From contig JABCSY010000001.1 in assembly GCA_018238625.1 (NCBI GenBank), positions 32,001 to 96,000 of the forward strand: a stretch of DNA of 64,000 nucleotides, in the 5' to 3' direction. Positions within the stretch are counted from its first letter, which is position 1. Every line of letters begins with the position of its first letter. Shown here one piece after another: positions 19,207 to 27,712 of the stretch. The notes below the pieces were generated by a model, which made no database searches, was not told the DNA's origin, and saw nothing but the letters and a program-made list of their open reading frames with translations. A program made the position numbers and the translations under genes. The stretch comes from Promethearchaeota archaeon. Lineage in GTDB: Archaea > Asgardarchaeota > Lokiarchaeia > Sigyniarchaeales > SOKP01.

Positions 19207-20227
19207 CTGATTCTAAATCAATTTTATTAGAAAATAATGTTCTATTAGAATGTTCTTCAATTATAGAAAACAAGTAATTATTTGTATTTTTGATTACAGG
19301 CGTTATAAACAATAATTCTTCTTCTGGAAGGCATTTTTCAACTTTTTCGTTTAATACCTCTTTTTCAAAAAACTCTTTAATGTAAGTAATTCGGATGATG
19401 AGATCGTTGAATTCCTTTTTGCTGTTATTCTTTACTAAAACTTCTATTTCCTGAAAATTGTTAATAATATTTATGTTTGTTATTTTAAATTGATCTTTTA
19501 TTCCTAATTTTTGTTGAACAACTCTATCGTAATCAAATAATCGAATTTTAGAAAACGATTCATTTTGAGCGTCCATAACAATGTGGTCAATATCAATTCC
19601 TTTAAATGTTAAATAAGAAATTGCTTTTTGCAATTTGAAAGAAGTCGCATCAGTTTGTTTAATTACCGATGAAAAATGTTCCTCACAAGTAAGGTTAATT
19701 ATTGCTTTTATTTCTTCTTTTATTTGGTCTCCTTTTTTTATTACATTGATTAATTTTTCCGTTTTAATAACTTCCAGTTTCGCAATTTCTGACTCTATTA
19801 CCTGATAAAGCGTATTTTCAAATTGATCGATTATTTTTTTCGTTAATAAATTTATTAATTCGCCCCCAAAAACATCTAAATCTGTTGGCAACACAAGTAT
19901 CAACACAACAATTTCACCCCTTTTTTGGAAAGACCCTGCTCTTCTTTTGACCCTTTTAGATTCAACAATAAATTTCTTCGCAAAATACATATTATTACTG
20001 TATTCTAAATCAATTCGGTTAATTGTAGTTTTATCTTTAAGCTCTAAAAACCAAATTGGATGGTATCTTATAAGATGCATTTTTCCTGAGTCATCATCTA
20101 GCGCGTTTTCTGGACAAATAAGAAGTGGGACATGGCCTATAGTCTCATCAAAATAAAACAAAAGAGTCTCACATAATTCCTTAAATGGACAATCTGTATT
20201 GGCGTTATTTAAGCGATTTTCTTCCAA
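19187..20227 (-). CDS. Hypothetical protein with possible N-terminal longin/uDENN-like domain and C-terminal beta-sandwich
   Basis: LLFYFDETIGHVPLLICP resembles the FD-x3-G opening hairpin of longin/uDENN modules; fold call is inference. Confidence 0.5.
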   Translation of the reverse strand: MEENRLNNANTDCPFKELCETLLFYFDETIGHVPLLICPENALDDDSGKMHLIRYHPIWFLELKDKTTINRIDLEYSNNMYFAKKFIVESKRVKRRAGSFQKRGEIVVLILVLPTDLDVFGGELINLLTKKIIDQFENTLYQVIESEIAKLEVIKTEKLINVIKKGDQIKEEIKAIINLTCEEHFSSVIKQTDATSFKLQKAISYLTFKGIDIDHIVMDAQNESFSKIRLFDYDRVVQQKLGIKDQFKITNINIINNFQEIEVLVKNNSKKEFNDLIIRITYIKEFFEKEVLNEKVEKCLPEEELLFITPVIKNTNNYLFSIIEEHSNRTLFSNKIDLESVKNRPY

Positions 20228-20285
20228 TTTAAGTCAACCTCTTCTATATTAGATTAATTACATTTAATTTTTATGATTTTTAACG

Positions 20286-21590
20286 TTAATGAGAAGCGCA
20301 CGATATGCAAGGATCAAATGCTCTTATCATTATTTGAGTTTTTTCTTTAACAGACTCGATATCTTCTTTTTCATATAGCTTCTTAGCATATTCAGTGATC
20401 ATTTTGTTAATAATAGGCAAATTTATTTCGGTTGCAATGAAAAGCTTTACTTGATCAACGGTTTTAGCTTTATTTAAGTGATAATGATGCATTAGTATAC
20501 CTCTTGGTGCTTCGATAACCCCTATCCCATTTGATTTTTTTATTGAGTTTAGTTGTTTAAGTTGTGTTTTACTTTTTAGTGAAGTAGTATTTAATATTTC
20601 AATACTTTTTTGAATTTCGCAATAGCTTTCAATTAATTGTAAAAAGTTTAAAAATAATAAATTGCTTTTCCATTTTTTTCCAAAATTACCCATATATTCG
20701 GATATTTTATCTATCCCATAATTTTGAGTTAACCTATAGCGCGCTATTGGTCCTGTTAAAATCTTATTTTTCGAATTCGACTTAAAAGTAATCCCATAAA
20801 GATTAGAGTCTTTATCAAAATATTTTGAATAATTTTTCGCTTGAAAATCGTCGTAAGTTGTTTCACTTCGTTTAATTCTAAGGTCTCCTTCATACCTATC
20901 AAACCCCATATTATTCTTTAAGCCGAAATATATAGGGTTAGAAAGATTAAATTCTGTAGGAGGTTCAAAAGCAGAAAATAAATCTATAAAATTTTCAATT
21001 AAGGTTTCTATGTAGTAAATTCCCTTTTTTAGATATTTCTCCGTAAAAATTAAACTTTTTCGAGTAGGATTGAATATTAATCCTCCCGGAATCGGAGTAA
21101 TTGGATGTAGTGCCCTTCCTCCTATTAATTTGTTTATTTCTGAACCAATTTTTATTAAATTAAATACATTTGTCGCTAAATGAGGATTGTAATTAATTAA
21201 ATTATAAGAATCGTTATCAATAGTTTTAATTTTAAATATTTTTAATAAATCTGGAAAGGACTGTAAAAAATAATGCATAATGTGCGATTTTATTAATTCT
21301 CCAGACAATAATACCTTTCTAAGCAAAATTGATTGGTGTGATGGTTCTATTCCGTATATACTTTCTATTGCTTTGCAACTTGCAATTGTTTGAGATGCGG
21401 AGCATTGTCCACAAATTCTAGATGCAATTTTTGGAATATCTAATAGCTTTTTACCTACTAAAATATTTTCAAATCCTCTAAATACTGAAAAACTCAATTC
21501 AGTTTGATAAATTTCATCGTTTTTTAAATAAATGTTTAAGTTTCCACAACCTTCAACCCTTGTGCATGCTTCTACAACTTTATCCATCAA
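20286..21590 (-). CDS. [NiFe]-hydrogenase large subunit, group 3-like, no C-terminal extension
   Basis: TRVEG, L1 RICGQC, EAPRG, L2 RAFDPCISCASH immediately followed by TAA. Confidence 0.9.
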   Translation of the reverse strand: MMDKVVEACTRVEGCGNLNIYLKNDEIYQTELSFSVFRGFENILVGKKLLDIPKIASRICGQCSASQTIASCKAIESIYGIEPSHQSILLRKVLLSGELIKSHIMHYFLQSFPDLLKIFKIKTIDNDSYNLINYNPHLATNVFNLIKIGSEINKLIGGRALHPITPIPGGLIFNPTRKSLIFTEKYLKKGIYYIETLIENFIDLFSAFEPPTEFNLSNPIYFGLKNNMGFDRYEGDLRIKRSETTYDDFQAKNYSKYFDKDSNLYGITFKSNSKNKILTGPIARYRLTQNYGIDKISEYMGNFGKKWKSNLLFLNFLQLIESYCEIQKSIEILNTTSLKSKTQLKQLNSIKKSNGIGVIEAPRGILMHHYHLNKAKTVDQVKLFIATEINLPIINKMITEYAKKLYEKEDIESVKEKTQIMIRAFDPCISCASH

Positions 21591-22351
21591 TCCTTCCCTC
21601 CTACATGTGATTTTGAGAACCTATAATAAATCCCTTTATATTTTCTTAGATCTTTAGAAAGATTAAAAAGGCTTAAGAAATTGATTAAATTCGAGGTAAA
21701 CCCCTTTGAAACAGGACCTAAACATCCTTCACAGGGTAATCCTTGATTTATGCAGAGATGGTCGCAGCCATCCCGAGTAACAGGGCCTAAACATAAAATC
21801 CCATCGTTCAAAAAACACGATAAATTTTCTTCCGGAAAACGAATTTCATCGTTTCTTGGAACTATCTTTTCTATTGTTAATGGTAAATCTAATTTTGCTT
21901 GGTTGTTTAAAGGACAAGTAGAACACATATTTTTTGAGCTTAGCTCGAATTTTTTGTTCTCAACTAGCCTTAATAAACAATTTCCTAAAAGTATAGATGG
22001 AGGCGGGCATCCAGGTATAATACCATCAACTTCTACAAACTTTGAAATAGGATACGCTTCTTTTTTATTTGAGAGACTAAGAATTCCCCCAAACGCTGAG
22101 CATGTACCTAATGCATATAGTTTTTTTGCATTTTTTCGTATTTCTTGAAGATACTCGATTTGATTCTTTTCTGATACGCACCCCTCTACTAGCGCTATAT
22201 CGCATTCTTTAATCTCTAAATTATCAGATATAAATGGAAAATATTCGATTTTCGTTCTTTCAAGAAATTGTGGAAATATATCTAGCGATATTAATGCTGA
22301 TATACATCCAGTACAAGAAGTTAAAGATGTAATTAAAAATTTAAGCCTCAC
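21587..22351 (-). CDS. [NiFe]-hydrogenase small subunit (MvhG/HydD-like)
   Basis: SCTGC, GTCSAFGG, PGCPP, CSTC, CLGPVTRDGC, PCEGCLGP. Confidence 0.9.
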   Translation of the reverse strand: MRLKFLITSLTSCTGCISALISLDIFPQFLERTKIEYFPFISDNLEIKECDIALVEGCVSEKNQIEYLQEIRKNAKKLYALGTCSAFGGILSLSNKKEAYPISKFVEVDGIIPGCPPPSILLGNCLLRLVENKKFELSSKNMCSTCPLNNQAKLDLPLTIEKIVPRNDEIRFPEENLSCFLNDGILCLGPVTRDGCDHLCINQGLPCEGCLGPVSKGFTSNLINFLSLFNLSKDLRKYKGIYYRFSKSHVGGKD

Positions 22352-24887
22352 TTTTAATCTCCTCCTTTAGTAAATTATAGAATTTATTAGAGATTTCAGC
22401 AAATAGCTGTCCTTCTACTCCGTTTAAACTCATCACTATTATCCGTCTGCTTAACTTTGGTCCTAGAATCTTTTTTAAAAGCCCAACTCTTTTTTTTAAT
22501 TTTTCAATCCCGTCAATATATCTACAAGAATCCTTTCTGCAACCGATAATCATAACTCCGTCAAACCCCATTTCAAGAGATTTAACAATGAATTCAGTAT
22601 CAATACGGCCAGTACAAGGAACAGAGATTATAAAAACATTAGGTTGATATAACAATTTCTTTAATCCTGCATTGTCAGCGGCAGCGTAACCGCACGATTG
22701 GCAACAAAAAGCGATGATTTTTGGTTTTTTATTGAATTTTGAGAAAATTTCGATCGTTTTTAAAATCTTTTCTGATGTATTTATATTCATTTCGATGGCA
22801 TTAGTAGGACAAACACTAACACACATACCACAAGCTTTACATTTAAACTTATCAACAGTAATTTTTTCGGAGTTTATGCTTATTGCATTGTAAGGGCAAG
22901 AAATAACGCAGAGGTTACACAATCCACATTTGTCTTCATTAATCTCTATTCCAGTATATTCTGTTATTAAATAATCGTTTGAAAGAAGTGATATTACTTT
23001 TAACGCTATGTTATTGGTGGTTGCTATAGTCGAGTGATAATTTAATGGGCCAAATATTGTTCCAACACCATAAATACCAGAAGCTAAAGTTTCTTCACTC
23101 ATAAAACCATAATCATTTAAAGTGAAGTCCATAATCTTTCTTAGAGATTTCAAATCCTTATTTGGAATTAATTTAAGGTTTAAAACAATCAAATCACTTT
23201 GAAACTCAATAGAATCCGCAATTACATAGTTAATATTCTCTTTTGTCTCAATTAATACTTTATTAGCGTAAAGAAATCTCGGATGAGTAGATTTTAGTAT
23301 TATCTCGTCTTTTTCTTTTAGTTTACTTAAATCGTAAAAAACATTAACTTCACAATCAGGGCTCTTTACTTTAATAACATCTATATACTTTAGGGTTAAA
23401 ATATCCGAATATTCACATAGATAGTTTGAAGATCCAACTTCTTGAATAATTGATATTGTTTTTACTGGTTTCCCATCAGATAATTTTACTATCTTTCCAT
23501 CAGTTAGGCCATCTGAACATAAAATTCGTTCAAATTCTGCTGAAGTTATAATATTATTTTGTGGATTATAATTATATTCTTTTAAATTTGAAGAAAGATC
23601 TGAACCAATAGCTATAACTTTAGCGCCTACTTTAATTCTTAATTCCTTAGGCTTTTCTCTTAAATTAATTGCTTTATTTGCACAAGCACGTTCACATATT
23701 CCACATTCAAGGCAGCTTTTAATATCTTCATCGTCAATAACAGGAACATAAGGATAACAATATTGAAAAGGAAAGTGAATTATTTTTCTATGCGTTAAAC
23801 CAAATTCATATAGATTAACTTTCTCTCGAGCACACACATCCACACATTGCTTACAACCTGTACATTTTGTCTCATCAACATAGCGAGGATTTTTAATTAA
23901 ACTTATAGTAAAATTGCCAACTTCTCCCGATACGCTAATTATTTCCGTATTTGTCAAGATCTCAATATTATTTTCTTTCACAATTTCCCCAATTAATTCG
24001 GAGATTAAACAAGTAGAGCAATCTCCCATATTTGAAATCTTTTGCCATCTTGCTACTTTTCCTCCTAATGTAGGAGACTTTTCAATTAGGTAACACTTAA
24101 TACCTGCCCTTGATAAGTTTAACGCTATATTCATACCAGCAATCCCTCCTCCCAGAATTGCGCAACTTTTTTCAACTTCAACTCTTTTTATCTTAATTGG
24201 TTTTTGAAGACTTACTCGATTAACTGAGGCTTCAATAAGTAATTGCGCTTTTTTCAAAGTTAAAAGGCTATCAATGTGCTTTTTACTTGAATAATGTACC
24301 CAACAACATTGTTCTCTTATATTTGCAATCTCAATATTAGCATTATCAATTATATTATGAAAAAGACGTTCAAATACATGTTGATGTGTTTTAGGAGAAC
24401 AGGCAGCGATAACAATTTTATTTACGAAGTTATCAGTAATCCAATTATTAATTTTATCTTGGTTTTTTTCTTGACATAAATTATCAAGAATTTTAACTGA
24501 GACTACATTATTTATTTTACTTGCATAGTTTTCTAAGGAATTAATGTTAAGGACATTTGAAACTTCTGTATTACAATTACAGATGATAACACCTATTCTG
24601 TTTATTTCGCTTCCTTTTGATTTTAAATAGTCTATTTCCTCTCCAGATAAAATTCTTTTATTTAATCCTAATATCCTTAAAACTCTTTTACCGTCATCTG
24701 TTAAATAATATGATTTTTTGTCTTTACTTACTAAATTATTAAGCTTTTTCAAATGAAAATTTAATTGCCCTGTTTGTTCTATACCTAACTTCATCATTAA
24801 TTCAGTATATGGAATAAAACCTTCTTCTTCGAGAATGTATAAGAGTTTTCTTCTGATTGGATGAGCTAAAATTGAATAAATATCCAT
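22341..24887 (-). CDS. ArsR-type wHTH - HdrA-like flavo/FeS protein - MvhD fusion
   Basis: N-terminal LAHPIRRKLL..QLNFHLKKL..YYLTDDG (wHTH); HdrA motifs AACSP, NIREQCCWVH, GGGIAG, DCSTC and ferredoxin motifs; C-terminal MvhD FCCQSC, PCTGR, GC-x4-CRY. Confidence 0.88.
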   Translation of the reverse strand: MDIYSILAHPIRRKLLYILEEEGFIPYTELMMKLGIEQTGQLNFHLKKLNNLVSKDKKSYYLTDDGKRVLRILGLNKRILSGEEIDYLKSKGSEINRIGVIICNCNTEVSNVLNINSLENYASKINNVVSVKILDNLCQEKNQDKINNWITDNFVNKIVIAACSPKTHQHVFERLFHNIIDNANIEIANIREQCCWVHYSSKKHIDSLLTLKKAQLLIEASVNRVSLQKPIKIKRVEVEKSCAILGGGIAGMNIALNLSRAGIKCYLIEKSPTLGGKVARWQKISNMGDCSTCLISELIGEIVKENNIEILTNTEIISVSGEVGNFTISLIKNPRYVDETKCTGCKQCVDVCAREKVNLYEFGLTHRKIIHFPFQYCYPYVPVIDDEDIKSCLECGICERACANKAINLREKPKELRIKVGAKVIAIGSDLSSNLKEYNYNPQNNIITSAEFERILCSDGLTDGKIVKLSDGKPVKTISIIQEVGSSNYLCEYSDILTLKYIDVIKVKSPDCEVNVFYDLSKLKEKDEIILKSTHPRFLYANKVLIETKENINYVIADSIEFQSDLIVLNLKLIPNKDLKSLRKIMDFTLNDYGFMSEETLASGIYGVGTIFGPLNYHSTIATTNNIALKVISLLSNDYLITEYTGIEINEDKCGLCNLCVISCPYNAISINSEKITVDKFKCKACGMCVSVCPTNAIEMNINTSEKILKTIEIFSKFNKKPKIIAFCCQSCGYAAADNAGLKKLLYQPNVFIISVPCTGRIDTEFIVKSLEMGFDGVMIIGCRKDSCRYIDGIEKLKKRVGLLKKILGPKLSRRIIVMSLNGVEGQLFAEISNKFYNLLKEEIKSEA

Positions 24888-25083
24888 TTCTGAGCTTTCC
24901 TATTGATTTTTTATTTTAAATTTATTTTGTTAAAAAAAAAAATTTGACAAATTATTTTTTCTTCATGACAATATATGTTGTAAAAATATATAAATGTGTT
25001 AGAAAATGATCATATGATCCGCGAATTTCATTAATAAAAATGACGATTTTCGATTAACTAAAAAATTTGTTTAGAAAATAATT

Positions 25084-25140
25084 TTGATAATATTTCTTAT
25101 CAATATGTTAAAAAATTTTCTTGTCAAATTCTTTTTATTT
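25084..25140 (+). promoter_or_regulatory. Operator-like inverted repeat plus half-site upstream of a probable TATA box
   Basis: TTGATAA-N6-TTATCAA (25084-25103, perfect palindrome), TTGTCAA at 25121-25127, then ATTCTTTTTATT. Confidence 0.65.
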
Positions 25141-25209
25141 TAGGCTTATGACAATTTAATTAGGTAAGTATTTTTTTAAAAAGTTGAAATAAAAGAGGTG
25201 TATTATTAT

Positions 25210-25827
25210 ATGGAAGTATTGGAATTGAAACCAGTAAAAAATAAAAAAATAATAGTGTATATGTCCTCAAAAGAAAATGGTAGGTATTTTCAAAATCAAG
25301 ATACATCAAGATTAACTGATTTTCTCAAAAAGAAAGATGTTAACTTTGTAACCGTAGATTTTCAAGTAGATATGAAAGTGTTTAAGAAAACACCTTTTGC
25401 ACAAACATTAGATAAACTTGGAATACCATATATTCAAGTAGATATTCCAGATTATGCAATGGGATATCTTTACGAAGAAATTGTCGAAAAACAAGAACTT
25501 CAAAATGAATTATTTGAAGAATACGACAATATGAGCGATAAAGAATCTTTCAAAGGGCAAAGTCTAAAAAATTGGATTGACATGCTAAGCGAAGAAATTC
25601 AAGAAAGAGAGATTTTTTTAAGCTTGAAACTAAGACCACAGTGGATCGTAAAAAAAATGCTAGATTTTGCAAATCGTTTTGAAAATGAAGTGGTTTCTTT
25701 TGTACATTTTGTTCAAGAGGATATTTGCGAGGATATTTGCCCTCAAGTCGTTGCAAATTTAAGAGATTTGGGAGTAAAAGTAATTTCCTATACTAAAAAA
25801 CACACAATTCAAAATATTATATTTTAA
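25210..25827 (+). CDS. Hypothetical alpha/beta protein with helical-hairpin insert; paralogue of the next gene
   Basis: GAGGTG SD then ATG 25210; N-terminus MEVLELKP shared with the next ORF. Confidence 0.8.
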   Translation: MEVLELKPVKNKKIIVYMSSKENGRYFQNQDTSRLTDFLKKKDVNFVTVDFQVDMKVFKKTPFAQTLDKLGIPYIQVDIPDYAMGYLYEEIVEKQELQNELFEEYDNMSDKESFKGQSLKNWIDMLSEEIQEREIFLSLKLRPQWIVKKMLDFANRFENEVVSFVHFVQEDICEDICPQVVANLRDLGVKVISYTKKHTIQNIIF

Positions 25828-25850
25828 TTAAAAAAAAGGAGTTAAAAAAA

Positions 25851-26582
25851 ATGCCAGAAGTATTAGAATTAAAGCCATTAAAAGATAAGCATTTAAAGCT
25901 TATCATGGTAGAAAGTGAGTTTCCAATAGATTGGTGGTTCGAAGTTCCTAAAGAAAAAAAGGAAGATTTGCTATGGTCTTTACATCTTATTAGCAAAGAA
26001 TATCTTCAGCTCATCGATGGTTTAATAGACAAATATTCACCTGATTTTGCTTTAGAAGAAAAACCTAATTTTTGGGATGACCCGTTAAACCCTAACGATC
26101 CTCTAAAAACATTACTCAAAAAGAAAGGAATTCGATTTAAACATGCTGATATCTCTGAAAATGCGGAATTTTATCTTTCTGCTGCTTTGGATGAACACAG
26201 AAGTATGCTACAAACACTTGAAAAACGAATCAAAGAGATAATTACAGAAAATGGTGGTGTTCCTTCCGAAGATGAACTTTTCCAACAATTAGTTTTATGG
26301 AAGGACTATCTCAAAAATGATTATGACTCACAAGAAGATGAAATACGATATAAAGTTAGAGAAGCTTGGATGATGATGAATACTCTAAACCTTGCAAAGG
26401 AGATTAAAGGGAAAAAATTAAAGGGGTTATTTATTTGCGATTTAAGGCACTTTGAAGGCTTAGATAAGTTAGCAAACGATTTAGGCATCGATACAGAGCA
26501 GATTAAAATTAAAAGAACTATTAAAACCGCAGAAATCGAAAAAGAGTATGAAGAAGAGGTAGAAGTTGAAATATCTAAATAA
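25851..26582 (+). CDS. Hypothetical protein, possible TraB/TIKI/ChaN-superfamily fold
   Basis: AGGAG SD; PDFALEE and REAWM..LFICDLRHFEGL resemble TraB-type motifs (inference). Confidence 0.6.
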   Translation: MPEVLELKPLKDKHLKLIMVESEFPIDWWFEVPKEKKEDLLWSLHLISKEYLQLIDGLIDKYSPDFALEEKPNFWDDPLNPNDPLKTLLKKKGIRFKHADISENAEFYLSAALDEHRSMLQTLEKRIKEIITENGGVPSEDELFQQLVLWKDYLKNDYDSQEDEIRYKVREAWMMMNTLNLAKEIKGKKLKGLFICDLRHFEGLDKLANDLGIDTEQIKIKRTIKTAEIEKEYEEEVEVEISK

Positions 26583-26636
26583 TTTTTTTTTTAGTTATAA
26601 TTTCTATGAATTTTATAGTTTAAATAACGATGTGAG

Positions 26637-27650
26637 ATGAGAAAAATTACTCAAAATGATGAAATTGGAAATAAAATTGAAAGTATTCTCGGTAAAAAAT
26701 CAATAATAGAATTGACGCCAATTAAAATAAAGAAAAAGGATAGTTCAGATAAGATTTGCTATTTTTTTGACACGGATGATAACGCTTCTCCGTTTGACAT
26801 AAACATGGCTTACGACGCTGGTTTTGATATCGTTGTGCCAATAAGTAAAATGACGGCGGATCAAGTTCCTAAACTTGTCCAGGATGCTATATTTTCACGT
26901 AAACCTAAAGCACGGACAACATTTTTTATTGGGGGATCTAATGTAAAGGAGGGGGAAAAAATCGCTAGGAAAGTCATTGAATCCTTAGTACCTCCATTTG
27001 AATGTCCCGTAATAATAGATCCAAGGGGTTCTCATACTACTGCTTCTGCTGTTGTAGCTAAGACTTTATACGACGCTAAAAATATCCATAAAATTAGTGA
27101 TTTAAAAGGAGAAAAAGTCGTAATCTATGGGGCAGGCCCAGTTGCCAGAATTGCTGCTATATTAGCAGCAAAAGAAGGGTTGAATGTATTTTTAGTTGAA
27201 ACTTGGGATAAATCGAACGAAGAATTTATAAAAAATCTTGCTAAAGAAGTAACCGAAGAAGCTGGCGAGGGTGCAACCGAGATTAAAGGGGTGTTTGCGC
27301 CTGAAAAAGAACAAAGATATGATGTTGCTAAAGATGCGCTTATTATCTGGTCTTTAGCTGCTGCTGGTGTTGAAATTTTATCAAGCAATCTAATGGAAAG
27401 ATTAGAAGGTAAGAAAATTGTAGTAGATATCAATTTAGTTCCCCCTTATGGAATTGAAGGAATAAGACCAAAACACGATAATAAAGAAATATATTCAGGA
27501 ATTTTTGGAATCGGAGCATTAGCATTAGGTCGATTAAAAGCAAATTCGGAGGGAGAAATATTGAAAGAAGCAACAAAAACTAAAGGTACAAAGGTATTTG
27601 ATTATAGCTATGCGTTCGAAGTTGCTAAAAAATTGTTATCTAAGATTTAA
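26637..27650 (+). CDS. NAD(P)-dependent methylene-H4MPT/H4F dehydrogenase (MtdA/MtdB type) with N-terminal extension
   Basis: FDTDDNASPFDINMAYDAG, LVQDAIFSR, FIGG, DPRGSHTTA, DINLVPPYGIEG. Confidence 0.88.
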   Translation: MRKITQNDEIGNKIESILGKKSIIELTPIKIKKKDSSDKICYFFDTDDNASPFDINMAYDAGFDIVVPISKMTADQVPKLVQDAIFSRKPKARTTFFIGGSNVKEGEKIARKVIESLVPPFECPVIIDPRGSHTTASAVVAKTLYDAKNIHKISDLKGEKVVIYGAGPVARIAAILAAKEGLNVFLVETWDKSNEEFIKNLAKEVTEEAGEGATEIKGVFAPEKEQRYDVAKDALIIWSLAAAGVEILSSNLMERLEGKKIVVDINLVPPYGIEGIRPKHDNKEIYSGIFGIGALALGRLKANSEGEILKEATKTKGTKVFDYSYAFEVAKKLLSKI

Positions 27651-27712
27651 ATTCTTAAATTTTTATTTTTTTTTTTTATTGATTTATTAAATAGTTTTTA
27701 AAGGGGAATAAA

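Noticed and set aside
20286-24887. Selenocysteine-containing HdrA/Vhu subunits, known from Lokiarchaeia
   Set aside because: All three ORFs are uninterrupted, with Cys codons at the retained ligand positions; no in-frame TGA is needed
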